64,000 bases of DNA from Thermoplasmatota archaeon (lineage in GTDB: Archaea; Thermoplasmatota; E2; DHVEG-1): positions 347,669 to 411,668 of the forward strand of contig JAOZSQ010000001.1 of assembly GCA_029939595.1 (NCBI GenBank), read 5' to 3'. A program made the position numbers and the translations under genes. Below, piece after piece: positions 27,766 through 37,820 of this stretch; within the stretch, counting starts at the first letter, position 1, and each line of letters starts with the position of its first letter. The notes beneath the pieces were generated by a model that did not search any database, had not been told where the DNA came from, and was given only the letters and a program-made list of their open reading frames with translations.

Positions 27766-28611
27766 TTAAAATAAATAATCGGTTGTTCTGGCTACTTGCA
27801 TTCCACGATCCTTCATTTGCATTATAAAATCCGCTGCCATCGTTTCAAATCCAGGAACAGGAGAAGTTGCATCTTCCAATAACACAATTTTTTTCAATAC
27901 TTCATCACCAAATGCATCTACAATCTGTTCCAGAGTAGCCTTTAAACAATGACTGGAAGCCCAACCAGCCAATGGAACTAGATCGGCTTCTTCAATAGTT
28001 TCAATGGCTTCTTTGTTCATACCAGTTCCAGGGTCACTCGGAACAACAACTTCGGCTTGTAATCCACCATAATGTTCAGAAAGAAAGTTGCTTCCTTTTG
28101 TTAGGATATTCGTGACACCAAATCGGGTTGTTTCCCATTCGTCCAAAGCCTCCGCAATTGGAGTATATATACTAAATCCTGGTTGAGCGATTAAACAATG
28201 CTCCGGCCAGATGCAAAGCACATACTTGCTTTTTTGTTCAAGTTGCTCAGTATAGTAAAGTACCCATTCCAATAAAGATTTTGTTGATCCATCTGGCATT
28301 AATACAGGTACATTCGGATTGGTTGGCAACCATTCTTTTTTTCTTATGTCTTCATTGTATATCAGAGTGGGTTTGCCACCTTCAAATGGTATAGGATGTT
28401 TGCCACGTTTGTTCTTCCAAAAATGTGGATGGGCAATATGAATTCTATGGTGAGAATCCAATGTAACGTGAATATCATCTAACCGTTTGATATTATTTTT
28501 TATGTATTTTGCAAGGCGATTACCGTCTTCTTTTGCTCCTGCCACTGGCAGGTTTCCGTTTTCCAAAACAAAATCGTTTTGGGGGTCAATGATAACGAGT
28601 TGCATGTTCAT
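27766..28611 (-). CDS. pncA: Nicotinamidase (isochorismatase family, PncA-like)
   Basis: LVIIDPQNDF against E. coli PncA LLLVDLQNDF. IWPEHC against FWPDHC. Catalytic Cys context LAGWASSHCLKAT against GLATDYCVKFT. Confidence 0.75.
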   Translation of the reverse strand: MNMQLVIIDPQNDFVLENGNLPVAGAKEDGNRLAKYIKNNIKRLDDIHVTLDSHHRIHIAHPHFWKNKRGKHPIPFEGGKPTLIYNEDIRKKEWLPTNPNVPVLMPDGSTKSLLEWVLYYTEQLEQKSKYVLCIWPEHCLIAQPGFSIYTPIAEALDEWETTRFGVTNILTKGSNFLSEHYGGLQAEVVVPSDPGTGMNKEAIETIEEADLVPLAGWASSHCLKATLEQIVDAFGDEVLKKIVLLEDATSPVPGFETMAADFIMQMKDRGMQVARTTDYLF

Positions 28612-29447
28612 GTTGTCTCCTGGTCTAAATTAAGAAATGAAGCTCCAACAACTGTTAGATCGTCTAAATTGAGGATTCTCTCTTCAGCACAATCATTAAC
28701 AAATCGTTTGAATCTTCTTTGAATAAATTCTCCTTTGAAATTTTTAAAATTTAACATTTGTTTGAAAAATTCTGAATCATTCTTTTTATGATGATTCCCG
28801 CCCATTTGATGAAATGAATTAATTCCGTCACTTGCGAGAAGTAAAAATTCCAATTTATCTTCATCAAATTCTTGGGCAAAGGGTTCTTCTTTTGAAACAT
28901 TGTAAGTTATAGTATTAAGTTTAGGACCCAATGTTTGTATATGAACCTCTTTTGATAACCCATTTACTGCTCCCCATTTTTTTCTTTTTCCCTCATCTAC
29001 ATAGTATAAAGGATAGTATGGGTATTCACCACCAACCATTTTGATTGTAATTATACAAATTGTTGAACTTTCTTTCAATTTGAAAATAATGGAACCATCT
29101 CCAAAAATTATAATGTTTACTTTACCTTCATCGCTGTATGCTAGTAATAACGTGGCAAATAACGATTCGGAAGGAAGATCCATTAGTTTAGTAACTTCCA
29201 TTGATTTGTTCATTAATTCATCAATATATGTTTCATATCCTTCGTTTTTTATTAGATATGTTGAATATAAGCTGAAATGGGATAATATTCTTGCTCCCAT
29301 ATCGGAGTTTTTGGCACTGGAACAGCCATCACATAACGACATATAGAATTCTTCATAGTTATCTCCACCATAACAAAAATAGTCTTCGTTGTGTAGGTGT
29401 TGTTTGCCTTTATGAGTAAACCCATCAATGTGTATTTCTGGTTTCAT
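28608..29447 (-). CDS. PP2C-family Ser/Thr protein phosphatase
   Basis: LCDGCSSAKNSDMGARILSHFS and LLASDGINSF resemble PP2C metal-binding motifs. Confidence 0.5.
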   Translation of the reverse strand: MKPEIHIDGFTHKGKQHLHNEDYFCYGGDNYEEFYMSLCDGCSSAKNSDMGARILSHFSLYSTYLIKNEGYETYIDELMNKSMEVTKLMDLPSESLFATLLLAYSDEGKVNIIIFGDGSIIFKLKESSTICIITIKMVGGEYPYYPLYYVDEGKRKKWGAVNGLSKEVHIQTLGPKLNTITYNVSKEEPFAQEFDEDKLEFLLLASDGINSFHQMGGNHHKKNDSEFFKQMLNFKNFKGEFIQRRFKRFVNDCAEERILNLDDLTVVGASFLNLDQETT

Positions 29448-29607
29448 TTTGCCTGATAAGTTATTTGTTTTGGTTCAATAATTCTGGATTCTTTTGTTAT
29501 GTCTTTTGCTTCTTTGAGTCTTAATGACCAAAGAGGTTGTCTTAAATTATTAAGTACCCTTTTTTCTATTTTAGCTATTATTTTTATTTTGCGTTCTGGT
29601 TCAATTT

Positions 29608-29793
29608 TCATGTGGTCTCCTTATAACGATAATAAGCAAATGGAGTTCTTACTTGCCATTCTCCTGGATATTCTTTCATAACTTCAATGGCTAATTCAAC
29701 CGATTTATAATTACCATCTAAGCCACGTTTCAGTTCGGCTTCGGTTATTTGTTCTATCTCTTTTTCTCCAACAAATTGTCTTTCGTACATCAT
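29608..29793 (-). CDS. Hypothetical small protein
   Basis: 61 aa. Confidence 0.25.
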   Translation of the reverse strand: MMYERQFVGEKEIEQITEAELKRGLDGNYKSVELAIEVMKEYPGEWQVRTPFAYYRYKETT

Positions 29794-30002
29794 TTGCTCC
29801 AGAGTGGGAAGATTGAAAATATTAAACAGGATATTATAAATGTAATAATTACAATTTTTATTAGATAATTTTTAAAAGGTTTGTGAAATTTTTTATCAGG
29901 AAATATTTTGAAATTAAAGTTATATTCACTCACTGATAAAAAAATTGTAAAACCAGTAACTATTGTTATCATGATTATACTCATTATAATATAAAGAATC
30001 AT
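29790..30002 (-). CDS. Small membrane protein (2 predicted TM helices)
   Basis: Hydrophobic IIMSIIMITIVTGFTIFL and IVIITFIISCLIFSIF segments. Confidence 0.3.
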   Translation of the reverse strand: MILYIIMSIIMITIVTGFTIFLSVSEYNFNFKIFPDKKFHKPFKNYLIKIVIITFIISCLIFSIFPLWSK

Positions 30003-30004
30003 GA

Positions 30005-31726
30005 TTACCTCGTGGAAAATTGATATAAGATATTATCTTTGAAAACTAAAGCTTTTTCCTCATTACATGATAATGTTAAATCTCCATCTAATGTGTTATC
30101 AGTTACAACCCGTACTTTTTGATTTTCAGGTTGATTGGAAAACATTTCAACTTCATTGTTTTCATTGATTAATAAACCAATTCCTTGTCTAAGCACAGTG
30201 AAATTAATATCCATGAATCCAGGTATGGTTTTGTTTTGAATAGTGTAGCTTTCCATTCCTTTTGCGAACCGGATTATAAATCTTATATATTTTCTTCCTC
30301 TGTTGCCGATTAAAATGGCTACTTGATTCATATATTTTCCATAAAGAATTTTATAACCTTGTAATTCTTTTATTTGGAGGAACTGCCCTGCTAACCGTTT
30401 GCCAGTATTTTGAGGTATCAAAATATATGGTTTACCCAATATGTTTTGGTAAACCATTCCGTTCATTATTTGAGTCGCATAGGGCAGCACACCCCAACTT
30501 GTTCCATATGTTAAAATGGGTTTTCTTAACATTTTAATGTTGATTTCAACGATTCGGTCCTGCACTTTACCAATCAATGCGTTATCCGCAACATTTATTT
30601 GTTCAAATTTAGTAGTATAATCCACCTTTTCACCAGAACTTAATATTTTTGCAAAATTAGTATCAGCTTCTACTGGTTCAAGGGTTTTTGGGAGTATGAT
30701 TGTTTCCATTTGCCGATCAAATGCACTGAATGTACAATCGTCAATATAGATTACATAACCAGCTTTTACTACGTTTTTTCCCTGATGGGAAAAATGCCAT
30801 TTGATTGGATCTCGGTATTCTTTTATTTTTTCTAATTTAAAGAAGTTACTGGAAACCACTTTTTTGAAAATGGGAGCAACCACCTTTACAATACCAGCCA
30901 TATCGGGTGGTAATGTGCGTTTACCATGTTTAAAAATATCTTCTAACCATCCACGCATATTGGTGGGTATGTGATCCATCGTTCTCACACATGGAGGCAT
31001 TTTGACCCCTTTATCAAAGATAGATGCATTTTCCTTCATCCGTTTCAGATAAAGTTCTTGTTTGTCGTTATATTGTTTTGGATTATATTTGGGATGGGTT
31101 CCTTTAAATGGATGTTCTCCCAAGTACACTTTAGTTGCCAAGATTCCAAAAGAAAACCAATCACTTAGTTCGGTAAATTTTTTAGTTTGCATTACTTGTG
31201 GATCGGTCATCAATGGAGAATAGGCATCCGCAGGAAAATCTTTGGTTTGCCAAGAATCCACATCTAAAAAGTGAGGCAATGCCATATCAGCTAAACTAAT
31301 AAGGAAATTAACCTCATTCCAATCCACAATCAAACATTTTTTACTGTGGATGAATTCAAGAGTTATTGCGATTTCATCAACCAGTTTATTTGCTTGATCA
31401 ATTGTGAAATTATTGATTTTGCGAAAGGATTTGGTAAAGGTTTTACACAATGCTTCCATGTTGTCGGCATAGTGCATTGTGATACCTAATGGCGTTCCAC
31501 GTTTGTTAGTGAAAATATCAGTTGGGCGAGATATATTATCCCGTTTCAATTCCATTAATTGGTTGATTTTACCAATCGGAATCATTTTAGAAGGGTCAAT
31601 ATATATTTTGAAAACGGTTTTGTTTTTAACGCAGATATGGCCTTGACCGCCTGTGGTCTTGTAGTTAGCGTCATTCAGCTTGATGGGCTGTTTGTCAAGA
31701 TATACTGTGGTGGGTTTGAAATTCAT
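30005..31726 (-). CDS. Eukaryotic-like Ser/Thr protein kinase
   Basis: Gly-rich loop TTGGQGHICV. Catalytic-loop-like IHSKKCLIVDWNEVNF. Subdomain IX-like DWFSFGILATKVYLGEHPF. Confidence 0.5.
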   Translation of the reverse strand: MNFKPTTVYLDKQPIKLNDANYKTTGGQGHICVKNKTVFKIYIDPSKMIPIGKINQLMELKRDNISRPTDIFTNKRGTPLGITMHYADNMEALCKTFTKSFRKINNFTIDQANKLVDEIAITLEFIHSKKCLIVDWNEVNFLISLADMALPHFLDVDSWQTKDFPADAYSPLMTDPQVMQTKKFTELSDWFSFGILATKVYLGEHPFKGTHPKYNPKQYNDKQELYLKRMKENASIFDKGVKMPPCVRTMDHIPTNMRGWLEDIFKHGKRTLPPDMAGIVKVVAPIFKKVVSSNFFKLEKIKEYRDPIKWHFSHQGKNVVKAGYVIYIDDCTFSAFDRQMETIILPKTLEPVEADTNFAKILSSGEKVDYTTKFEQINVADNALIGKVQDRIVEINIKMLRKPILTYGTSWGVLPYATQIMNGMVYQNILGKPYILIPQNTGKRLAGQFLQIKELQGYKILYGKYMNQVAILIGNRGRKYIRFIIRFAKGMESYTIQNKTIPGFMDINFTVLRQGIGLLINENNEVEMFSNQPENQKVRVVTDNTLDGDLTLSCNEEKALVFKDNILYQFSTR

Positions 31727-31834
31727 ATCCGATATGCTCCATATCGTAATTTTGTTTTGGGTCTTTCCCCAAAAATTTTGTTGTCTCTTTTATTTATATT
31801 ATAATTTTCTAAAAAGGTTTCTGTCAAGAAAAAA

Positions 31835-32149
31835 TTATAAAACATAATTATGAATCAACCAACCAAGTCCTAATGATATAGCGGGAACCAAACCCCCATA
31901 TACAATTAATTTTAGAATAGTTACAGTTTTATCATCATCTTTTGGTTCTGAAATATGAGGGGCAAGTAATCCCATAATAATTACCATTCCTAATGCCGAA
32001 CCCATTGTGATTTGAGCAAAATTTAAAGGTGCCAGTGTTAAAAACCAACCCCAATGTTTTGTAATCACAAAGGCTTTCCAACACATTATAGTAATTCCTG
32101 CTACAATTAAAAAGCCGACCCATAATATTCCGCCTAAAAATTTATCCAT
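31835..32149 (-). CDS. Small integral membrane protein (3 TM helices)
   Basis: 104 aa, highly hydrophobic. Confidence 0.35.
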   Translation of the reverse strand: MDKFLGGILWVGFLIVAGITIMCWKAFVITKHWGWFLTLAPLNFAQITMGSALGMVIIMGLLAPHISEPKDDDKTVTILKLIVYGGLVPAISLGLGWLIHNYVL

Positions 32150-32272
32150 CTTTACTCCAAAACCAATTAAATAAGGTTAGACTATCTTTTTGTGGTGGGA
32201 AACTTTCTCTTTCTTTTGTTTTATATGAAACAACCCATTTTCCATCGCAATTTTCATTGGGTTCACAATTTG

Positions 32273-33718
32273 TTACCCAACATTCTGTTCCATTTTCTCG
32301 TGTATATTTTTCTCCTTTTCGGGGTAAGTTTTGCATTGTTCAATTTCCAGTGATTTGTTATATAATTTTGTTGCGTATTCGTTTAACAATTCTAATTTAA
32401 TTAATTTTGATGTCCATCGTTCAGGAATATTATCAATCCCATAATAAGCTCCGGCTAACATGCCATAAATAGCACCAACTGTATCAGCGTCATCACCCAA
32501 GTTTACAGCCAGAATACAACCTTCTTCAAAGGAATTGGAATTGTAAAATGCCCATAAAGCAGCTTCCATACTACTTGAAACTCTTCCCCAAGCACAAATA
32601 TCAGGAGGTCTTTTTTCTTTAAAAGATCCGTTGGCTATTTCCAATATTTTTGAATGGAGATTGGTATATCCTGTTTTCCAGTAATTATAGGGACCATATA
32701 ATGGAGAAAGAAGTTCTTCTTTTGGTATTTCATCAACGGCTCCCCATATTAAACCACCATAATATTCACATGCGCCAATACATTCGTGGGCTTGATGGGT
32801 GGTTTTTGAACTTAATCCTGAATTATGTATTGCTTTTTTGTGGTCAGTCCAATAGAAGAGCGGAACGGGTGCCAAACGCATTAAAGAACCATTACCTGCT
32901 TTTTCAGGATCGGCAGATCCACAATAAGCTTTTTTTTCTTTTTGAAATTTGAATTCATAGATAGCATCTCTTGTGGTCATGCCAACATCAAAACATTTTC
33001 CTATGCTACTTAGGAAGCCTTCAAAATGCTATCTGGAATAGTTTCTTATTTGGTCAAGAGGATCAAACTCGCCTTTATTTATAAGGCTTTCTGTGAGGCA
33101 TAACGCAAGCGAGGTATCGTCTGTCCATTGTCCAGGTGAAACATTGAATTCGCCTCCACTGGTCATATCAGAGATAAAAGGAAAGGTTCCTGGGCTTCTG
33201 AACTCAACAGGTGCGCCGAGTGCATCACCACATGCCAATCCGATTATACTGCCTTTGAATCTATCAATTGTTTTCATATTTTTAATATCATTTGTATTCC
33301 GGCTGCTATTAGTTTCATATATTTCCTTTAGTATTTGGGTTCTTTTAGAGGGAAGACCTTTTGTTTTTTGCATACATTGTCTTTTTCCTTTGGAATAGTC
33401 AATATTTTCATAGTCATCAAATTGTTCTGCGGTTAGGTCAACAATTTCATCATCTGGCCATTTTGCAAACCAATGGTTTGCATCATAACCAGGAATTTTC
33501 AAACAAAAAGGTTTTGAACCGGCTGGTGCAATGTGTTCAATTAGAAATTCAGTAACCACATAACAATAATTTTTAGTTGGATTTTTATCGGACCAATCTT
33601 TTCTTAATTTGGGTTTTAAATTTCTTCTGCCCAATCTTCTGAGAGCATGATATAACACATCTTTTTTGATACCCGCTTTTTCAAACATTTTGTTTGATTC
33701 TTCAGGAGATATTTTCAT
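32273..33718 (-). pseudogene. ADP-ribosylglycohydrolase (ARH/DraG family) interrupted by an in-frame TAG at 33029-33031
   Basis: N-terminal half carries [20 protein letters not shown]...[18 protein letters not shown]-terminal half carries GNGSLMR and GDDADTVGAIYGMLAGAYYG. Both halves are in the same frame with 16 sense codons between the TAG and the next Met. The TAG sits where ARH proteins have a Trp (RYxxW). Confidence 0.65.
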
Positions 33719-36357
33719 GCCGGTTCATATTGTTTGATATCATCTTGGAATTGCTTTAGTAAATCTTCGGCTTCTTCTTTATTTTTTAAAGATTTAATAA
33801 ATTCCGATTTTTTACCTCCATCAACCAGAGATTTTTCAAATATTGCAGATGCGAATATACAGTACACCATTTCTGAACCGTTTCCTGTTCCATAAGTTTC
33901 ATCATCATCCATTTCTAGTTTAGTGGGATTTCTTGAATCCGCATTAATTGCAAAACAACCATCGCTTTGAACAAGATTGGTGGAGAGTTTTACATCTTTG
34001 ACTATTCTTCCTAATGCACTATTTGCTTTTTCGTTATCTCTTTCAAAATTATCGTGCATTATCTTTTGGACTCCATGATGGGCACTGTTATATATTTGAA
34101 CAGGTCCTCTCATTTCACAAATGGATAACTTACGCAAATCGGGACGATCAGTATACAATCCCAATTTAGGATGCACTTTTTCAAAAGTTATTTCTTCTTC
34201 TGGTTTATATTTTATTTTTGTTTTTGGTGCAAATTCTATATTTAAACGTGGGAGTCGTATTCTTTTTTTGGTTCCTTTTACGTTTATATATAAAAAAGTA
34301 TCGGGTATTCTGTGAGCAGCCTTCAGTAATCTCCATTTATTCAAATTGACAGGATTGAAAATGGGTTTGGCACCGTGTTGTGTATCTTTTGGATTGATTA
34401 ATTCCTGTGGAGGATTAATTATCATTTTCCAAATATCAACATTTTTATATTTTGGAATATCTTCTTTTATATCCAGTGTTGTAGAGTCACCCTTTTCAAT
34501 AATCAAGGATTGTTCACGTTTAACTGCTGCCATTCCTTTGATGCTGTTGGTGTCGGTTACTTCTGGAATTAGATATTCTTCGGTGTTGCGTTTTCTTAGA
34601 ATAAAATATATAACCTTTTTCATGTCGGTTGAATATTTGGTGTCGGAGTATGTGATCTTACCATCTTTAATTTCTATACCTTCATTTATAATTTCATTTC
34701 CATTTTCATCTTTAAATGTTAAGGTATCACATTTATCGGTAAGTAATGATTCAATCCAACCCTTTTTGGTTCGTATAAAAGCTATAATATCTGCTTTCAT
34801 AGTGTTGTCTGTTTCTACGTTGAATTCTTTTCCTTTGAATTTGCTTTTCCTTGTTACCATTACATTTTTTGCATATTCATATAATTTAGATTTATCAGAT
34901 TTGTTCAACGCAGCAAAACAGCGGGTTATAAAAGCATTTGCTGTGAGTCTATGTTCATTTTTTAAACTGAACATAGAATTGGTATCCAAGAATGGGGGAT
35001 GAGCGTCATTTTTTTCGTTTTTATATTTAACATCAATGATTGTTAATTTAAGAAAAAATTTTGCTCGTCTGTGGTCAATTTCAAGGTCATCACCGATTTC
35101 TTTTTCCAAACCATATAACAGAGTTGAAAATTCTGATAGGTTTTCTGCAAAGGTGTTAATTGGCTCTTTTTCATATCGGTATGCACCTTTGCTGATGGTT
35201 TTAGCCAAATATGGAGAATATATTGCTCCTCCTTGATAATTTTTGACATAGTAATCAGTATCTTCTTTGTCATCATCTTTTTTTACTCTATCTGACTTAT
35301 AAACTTTTACCCCCCTATCATTTTCTGTTTTGGATAATTTTCCTTTTTTTTCAAGATATGAATACATATTTTCATAGTTTTTATGTTTTTCTAATATCTT
35401 TTTTAGAAGTTCGTGGGTTTTGGCAGCTTCTATCTCTTTTTGATATGAAGCAAATTCGGTATAGCTTGGATCAATCATATAACCACCAATCAATGTTTTG
35501 ACCACGAATTCATCTTTTGTTTTTTCGTTAGTCATATCTATGTCTGCTAGTACATCAAATACTTGAATAGTTCTTTGACTCATAGTTTTGTAGTTTTCAT
35601 TTTCATCTAATTTCCCTATATTATGCTTCCGGCGCAATCCGCAATTTATTTCCATAATTTCTTTGATTACATCATGGCATTGAATTATGTCAATTCCAAG
35701 TAATTGCCTGTTTGTGGGTTCTGAATGACCGCATATTGAAAAGTAATGGGATGCGGGATTGTAGAAACAATCTTGTGTCATAAGATATTCCATATATTCG
35801 TTAATTATTCTTATTTCATTGGCATAATAGTTTGTTTCTTCCAATGTTTTTGTTTTTAGTTCCTCTTGTAATGAAGCTATTATTTTACGCATTTCTTCGG
35901 GTGTTGGGGCTTTGAATTTATCGGGTCGTTCACTTCCATTAAAGGGAGGAAAAAAGTCACAAATTTCTTGATATATTCCACTGTTGGATTGAGATAACGC
36001 ATAACCGGCATCTTTTGCTCCTTGACCAAAACAAGATATTTTTCCAAACGAACTTTTATATGGTTTCAACATGGAAATTGCTTCAAGTGTGTTGGGTTTG
36101 CCGCCAGTGTGATATATTCCGAGCCAGTATGAATTGTCTCGTAAGTGGTATAATGAAATTTGTATTTTGAGTTTTGAGTTTTTGTTTTTGTAATCTACAT
36201 TATTGTGATAAATTTCACGAATGTACGTTCTGATTGCTCTTTCTTGAACTTCTCCAGTTTTTTCAGTAATAGGTGAACTGTGTTGTTCTGAAGTCAATTC
36301 CCTTAATGAATTATGATCTTCTTCGGGAAAATGAGTTAATGTAATTTCTTCAATCAT
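33715..36357 (-). CDS. Large hypothetical protein with an N-terminal GHKL-type ATPase-like region
   Basis: 880 aa. N-box-like [10 protein letters not shown]1-like [11 protein letters not shown]2-like [16 protein letters not shown]. The rest is unrecognised. Confidence 0.3.
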   Translation of the reverse strand: MIEEITLTHFPEEDHNSLRELTSEQHSSPITEKTGEVQERAIRTYIREIYHNNVDYKNKNSKLKIQISLYHLRDNSYWLGIYHTGGKPNTLEAISMLKPYKSSFGKISCFGQGAKDAGYALSQSNSGIYQEICDFFPPFNGSERPDKFKAPTPEEMRKIIASLQEELKTKTLEETNYYANEIRIINEYMEYLMTQDCFYNPASHYFSICGHSEPTNRQLLGIDIIQCHDVIKEIMEINCGLRRKHNIGKLDENENYKTMSQRTIQVFDVLADIDMTNEKTKDEFVVKTLIGGYMIDPSYTEFASYQKEIEAAKTHELLKKILEKHKNYENMYSYLEKKGKLSKTENDRGVKVYKSDRVKKDDDKEDTDYYVKNYQGGAIYSPYLAKTISKGAYRYEKEPINTFAENLSEFSTLLYGLEKEIGDDLEIDHRRAKFFLKLTIIDVKYKNEKNDAHPPFLDTNSMFSLKNEHRLTANAFITRCFAALNKSDKSKLYEYAKNVMVTRKSKFKGKEFNVETDNTMKADIIAFIRTKKGWIESLLTDKCDTLTFKDENGNEIINEGIEIKDGKITYSDTKYSTDMKKVIYFILRKRNTEEYLIPEVTDTNSIKGMAAVKREQSLIIEKGDSTTLDIKEDIPKYKNVDIWKMIINPPQELINPKDTQHGAKPIFNPVNLNKWRLLKAAHRIPDTFLYINVKGTKKRIRLPRLNIEFAPKTKIKYKPEEEITFEKVHPKLGLYTDRPDLRKLSICEMRGPVQIYNSAHHGVQKIMHDNFERDNEKANSALGRIVKDVKLSTNLVQSDGCFAINADSRNPTKLEMDDDETYGTGNGSEMVYCIFASAIFEKSLVDGGKKSEFIKSLKNKEEAEDLLKQFQDDIKQYEPA

Positions 36358-36405
36358 TTTTATTTTTTAGTTAGTTTGTTTGCTTCATTTTGGAGTTAAA
36401 ATTTA

Positions 36406-36435
36406 ATAGTAAATCATTTTTGAGAATTCTGTCAA
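36406..36435 (-). promoter_or_regulatory. Near-consensus sigma70-type promoter for the leftward accessory operon
   Basis: The minus strand reads TTGACA-N18-TACTAT, about 50 nt upstream of the 36357 start. A GC-rich inverted repeat gtacgc..gcgtac (36444-36467) lies just upstream, after the pspA stop. Confidence 0.4.
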
Positions 36436-36474
36436 GTTTTATTTTCAAGTACGCCGGAGTACGCCAGCGTACAT

Positions 36475-37206
36475 TTATGCTGCTTCTTCAACAGTTTCAG
36501 TATCCATGCCGATCTGTTTCTTCAACTTCTCCAGTTCGGATTCTACTTCGCTATCACCAATTTGAAGAACATTATCAATTTCATCTTCCAGAGTCTTGGC
36601 TTGTGTTTGTTGACCCATTTCTTCATACGCCAAAGCAAGCACTTCTTCACTTTCCACACGCCGTTTCATTTCTTCCATCATTGATATCGTATCATTGAAA
36701 TCAATTTGTGCGATTTGTTTATTAACTTCTTTTGATACTGCTGCTGCTTTTTGACGAGCGGTTAATTCAGCTAATTCCCTTTCGTATTTCTTGATTTCTT
36801 CTTTTAATGTTGCAATGGTTTGTTCAACCTTTTTAACACTATCTATCCGGCTCCCAACGAGGGTTTCAGATAATTGAAGGTTCTTTTTGTAATCATTTTG
36901 TTTTTGGAGGGCTGCTGTTGCTAACCGAGTGGCTTCTTTTTCATCAATTTTGCCATCTTTTGCCGATTGAAGTAACCCAATCGCCTTGTTGCCCCAAACA
37001 CCAACTAATTCTTTATTAGCCTTTACATCTCTGTTAGCCTTTATTTGGAGGGCTTTGGTTTCTGCATAGGCGTTTAAAGCCAGTTCAAGTTTCTTTTTTA
37101 GTTCACGAATTCCCTCGGCTATCAATTTGATAGGATCTTCAATTTTGCTTATGAGTTCGTGGCTTTGCGATTTAAAAATGCGCCCGATAGATTTAAAAAA
37201 TCCCAT
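36475..37206 (-). CDS. pspA: PspA/IM30/Vipp1-family membrane-stress protein
   Basis: MGFFKSIGRIFKSQSHELISKIEDPIKLIAEGIRELKKKL aligns with E. coli PspA [40 protein letters not shown]. Coiled-coil throughout. Confidence 0.8.
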   Translation of the reverse strand: MGFFKSIGRIFKSQSHELISKIEDPIKLIAEGIRELKKKLELALNAYAETKALQIKANRDVKANKELVGVWGNKAIGLLQSAKDGKIDEKEATRLATAALQKQNDYKKNLQLSETLVGSRIDSVKKVEQTIATLKEEIKKYERELAELTARQKAAAVSKEVNKQIAQIDFNDTISMMEEMKRRVESEEVLALAYEEMGQQTQAKTLEDEIDNVLQIGDSEVESELEKLKKQIGMDTETVEEAA

Positions 37207-37310
37207 TTTATTCTCCTATTTAAAGATGTCAGCCAAATTAGTAGTCGGTTTTTCCAGGGTGATCTTGTTGATTATGAAATCTTTCCATATTTCATTTTGT
37301 TCTTCGTTTG

Positions 37311-37766
37311 TCATAATGAATCCAATATCGCTTTTTTTATTCGGTCACGAGACCAATCGTTTTTCCAATCAGCTAATCTTCCTAATCTATCAGCACTTTT
37401 TAGCTTTGTCAAATCTTTTTTTAAACTTTCTTTTGCTTCTGGAATTTCCTTGTCCATGTGATGTTTAATCAACCAAAATGTTTCATCTGATATAATATAA
37501 GAGAAAGGTAATAATAATTTAACTGATGCATCAGAATGGCCTTTGGTTTGAATTGTTTTACCTAAGTCATGTAAGAGGGTAGCTAAAATTAGATCGCAAT
37601 TCTGAGGCCATTTTGATACTGCTATGGCAAATGATTGAATAGAATGTGAATAGGCGCATATTTCTGGATGAAGATTGGGGTCCTGTTTTACCCATTTCAA
37701 TTCCTCAATCATATTTAAAAATATGTCCAGATAAGGTTCCACTATTTTGGGGTCTTTAATTTTCAT
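37311..37766 (-). CDS. HD-domain phosphohydrolase
   Basis: H...HD motif: HSIQSFAIAV ... LLHDLGK. Confidence 0.55.
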   Translation of the reverse strand: MKIKDPKIVEPYLDIFLNMIEELKWVKQDPNLHPEICAYSHSIQSFAIAVSKWPQNCDLILATLLHDLGKTIQTKGHSDASVKLLLPFSYIISDETFWLIKHHMDKEIPEAKESLKKDLTKLKSADRLGRLADWKNDWSRDRIKKAILDSL

Positions 37767-37820
37767 GTTGCCACTAAATACTAAGAAAGACTTAATTTTT
37801 CGTTTTAAAAAGGCAAAATT

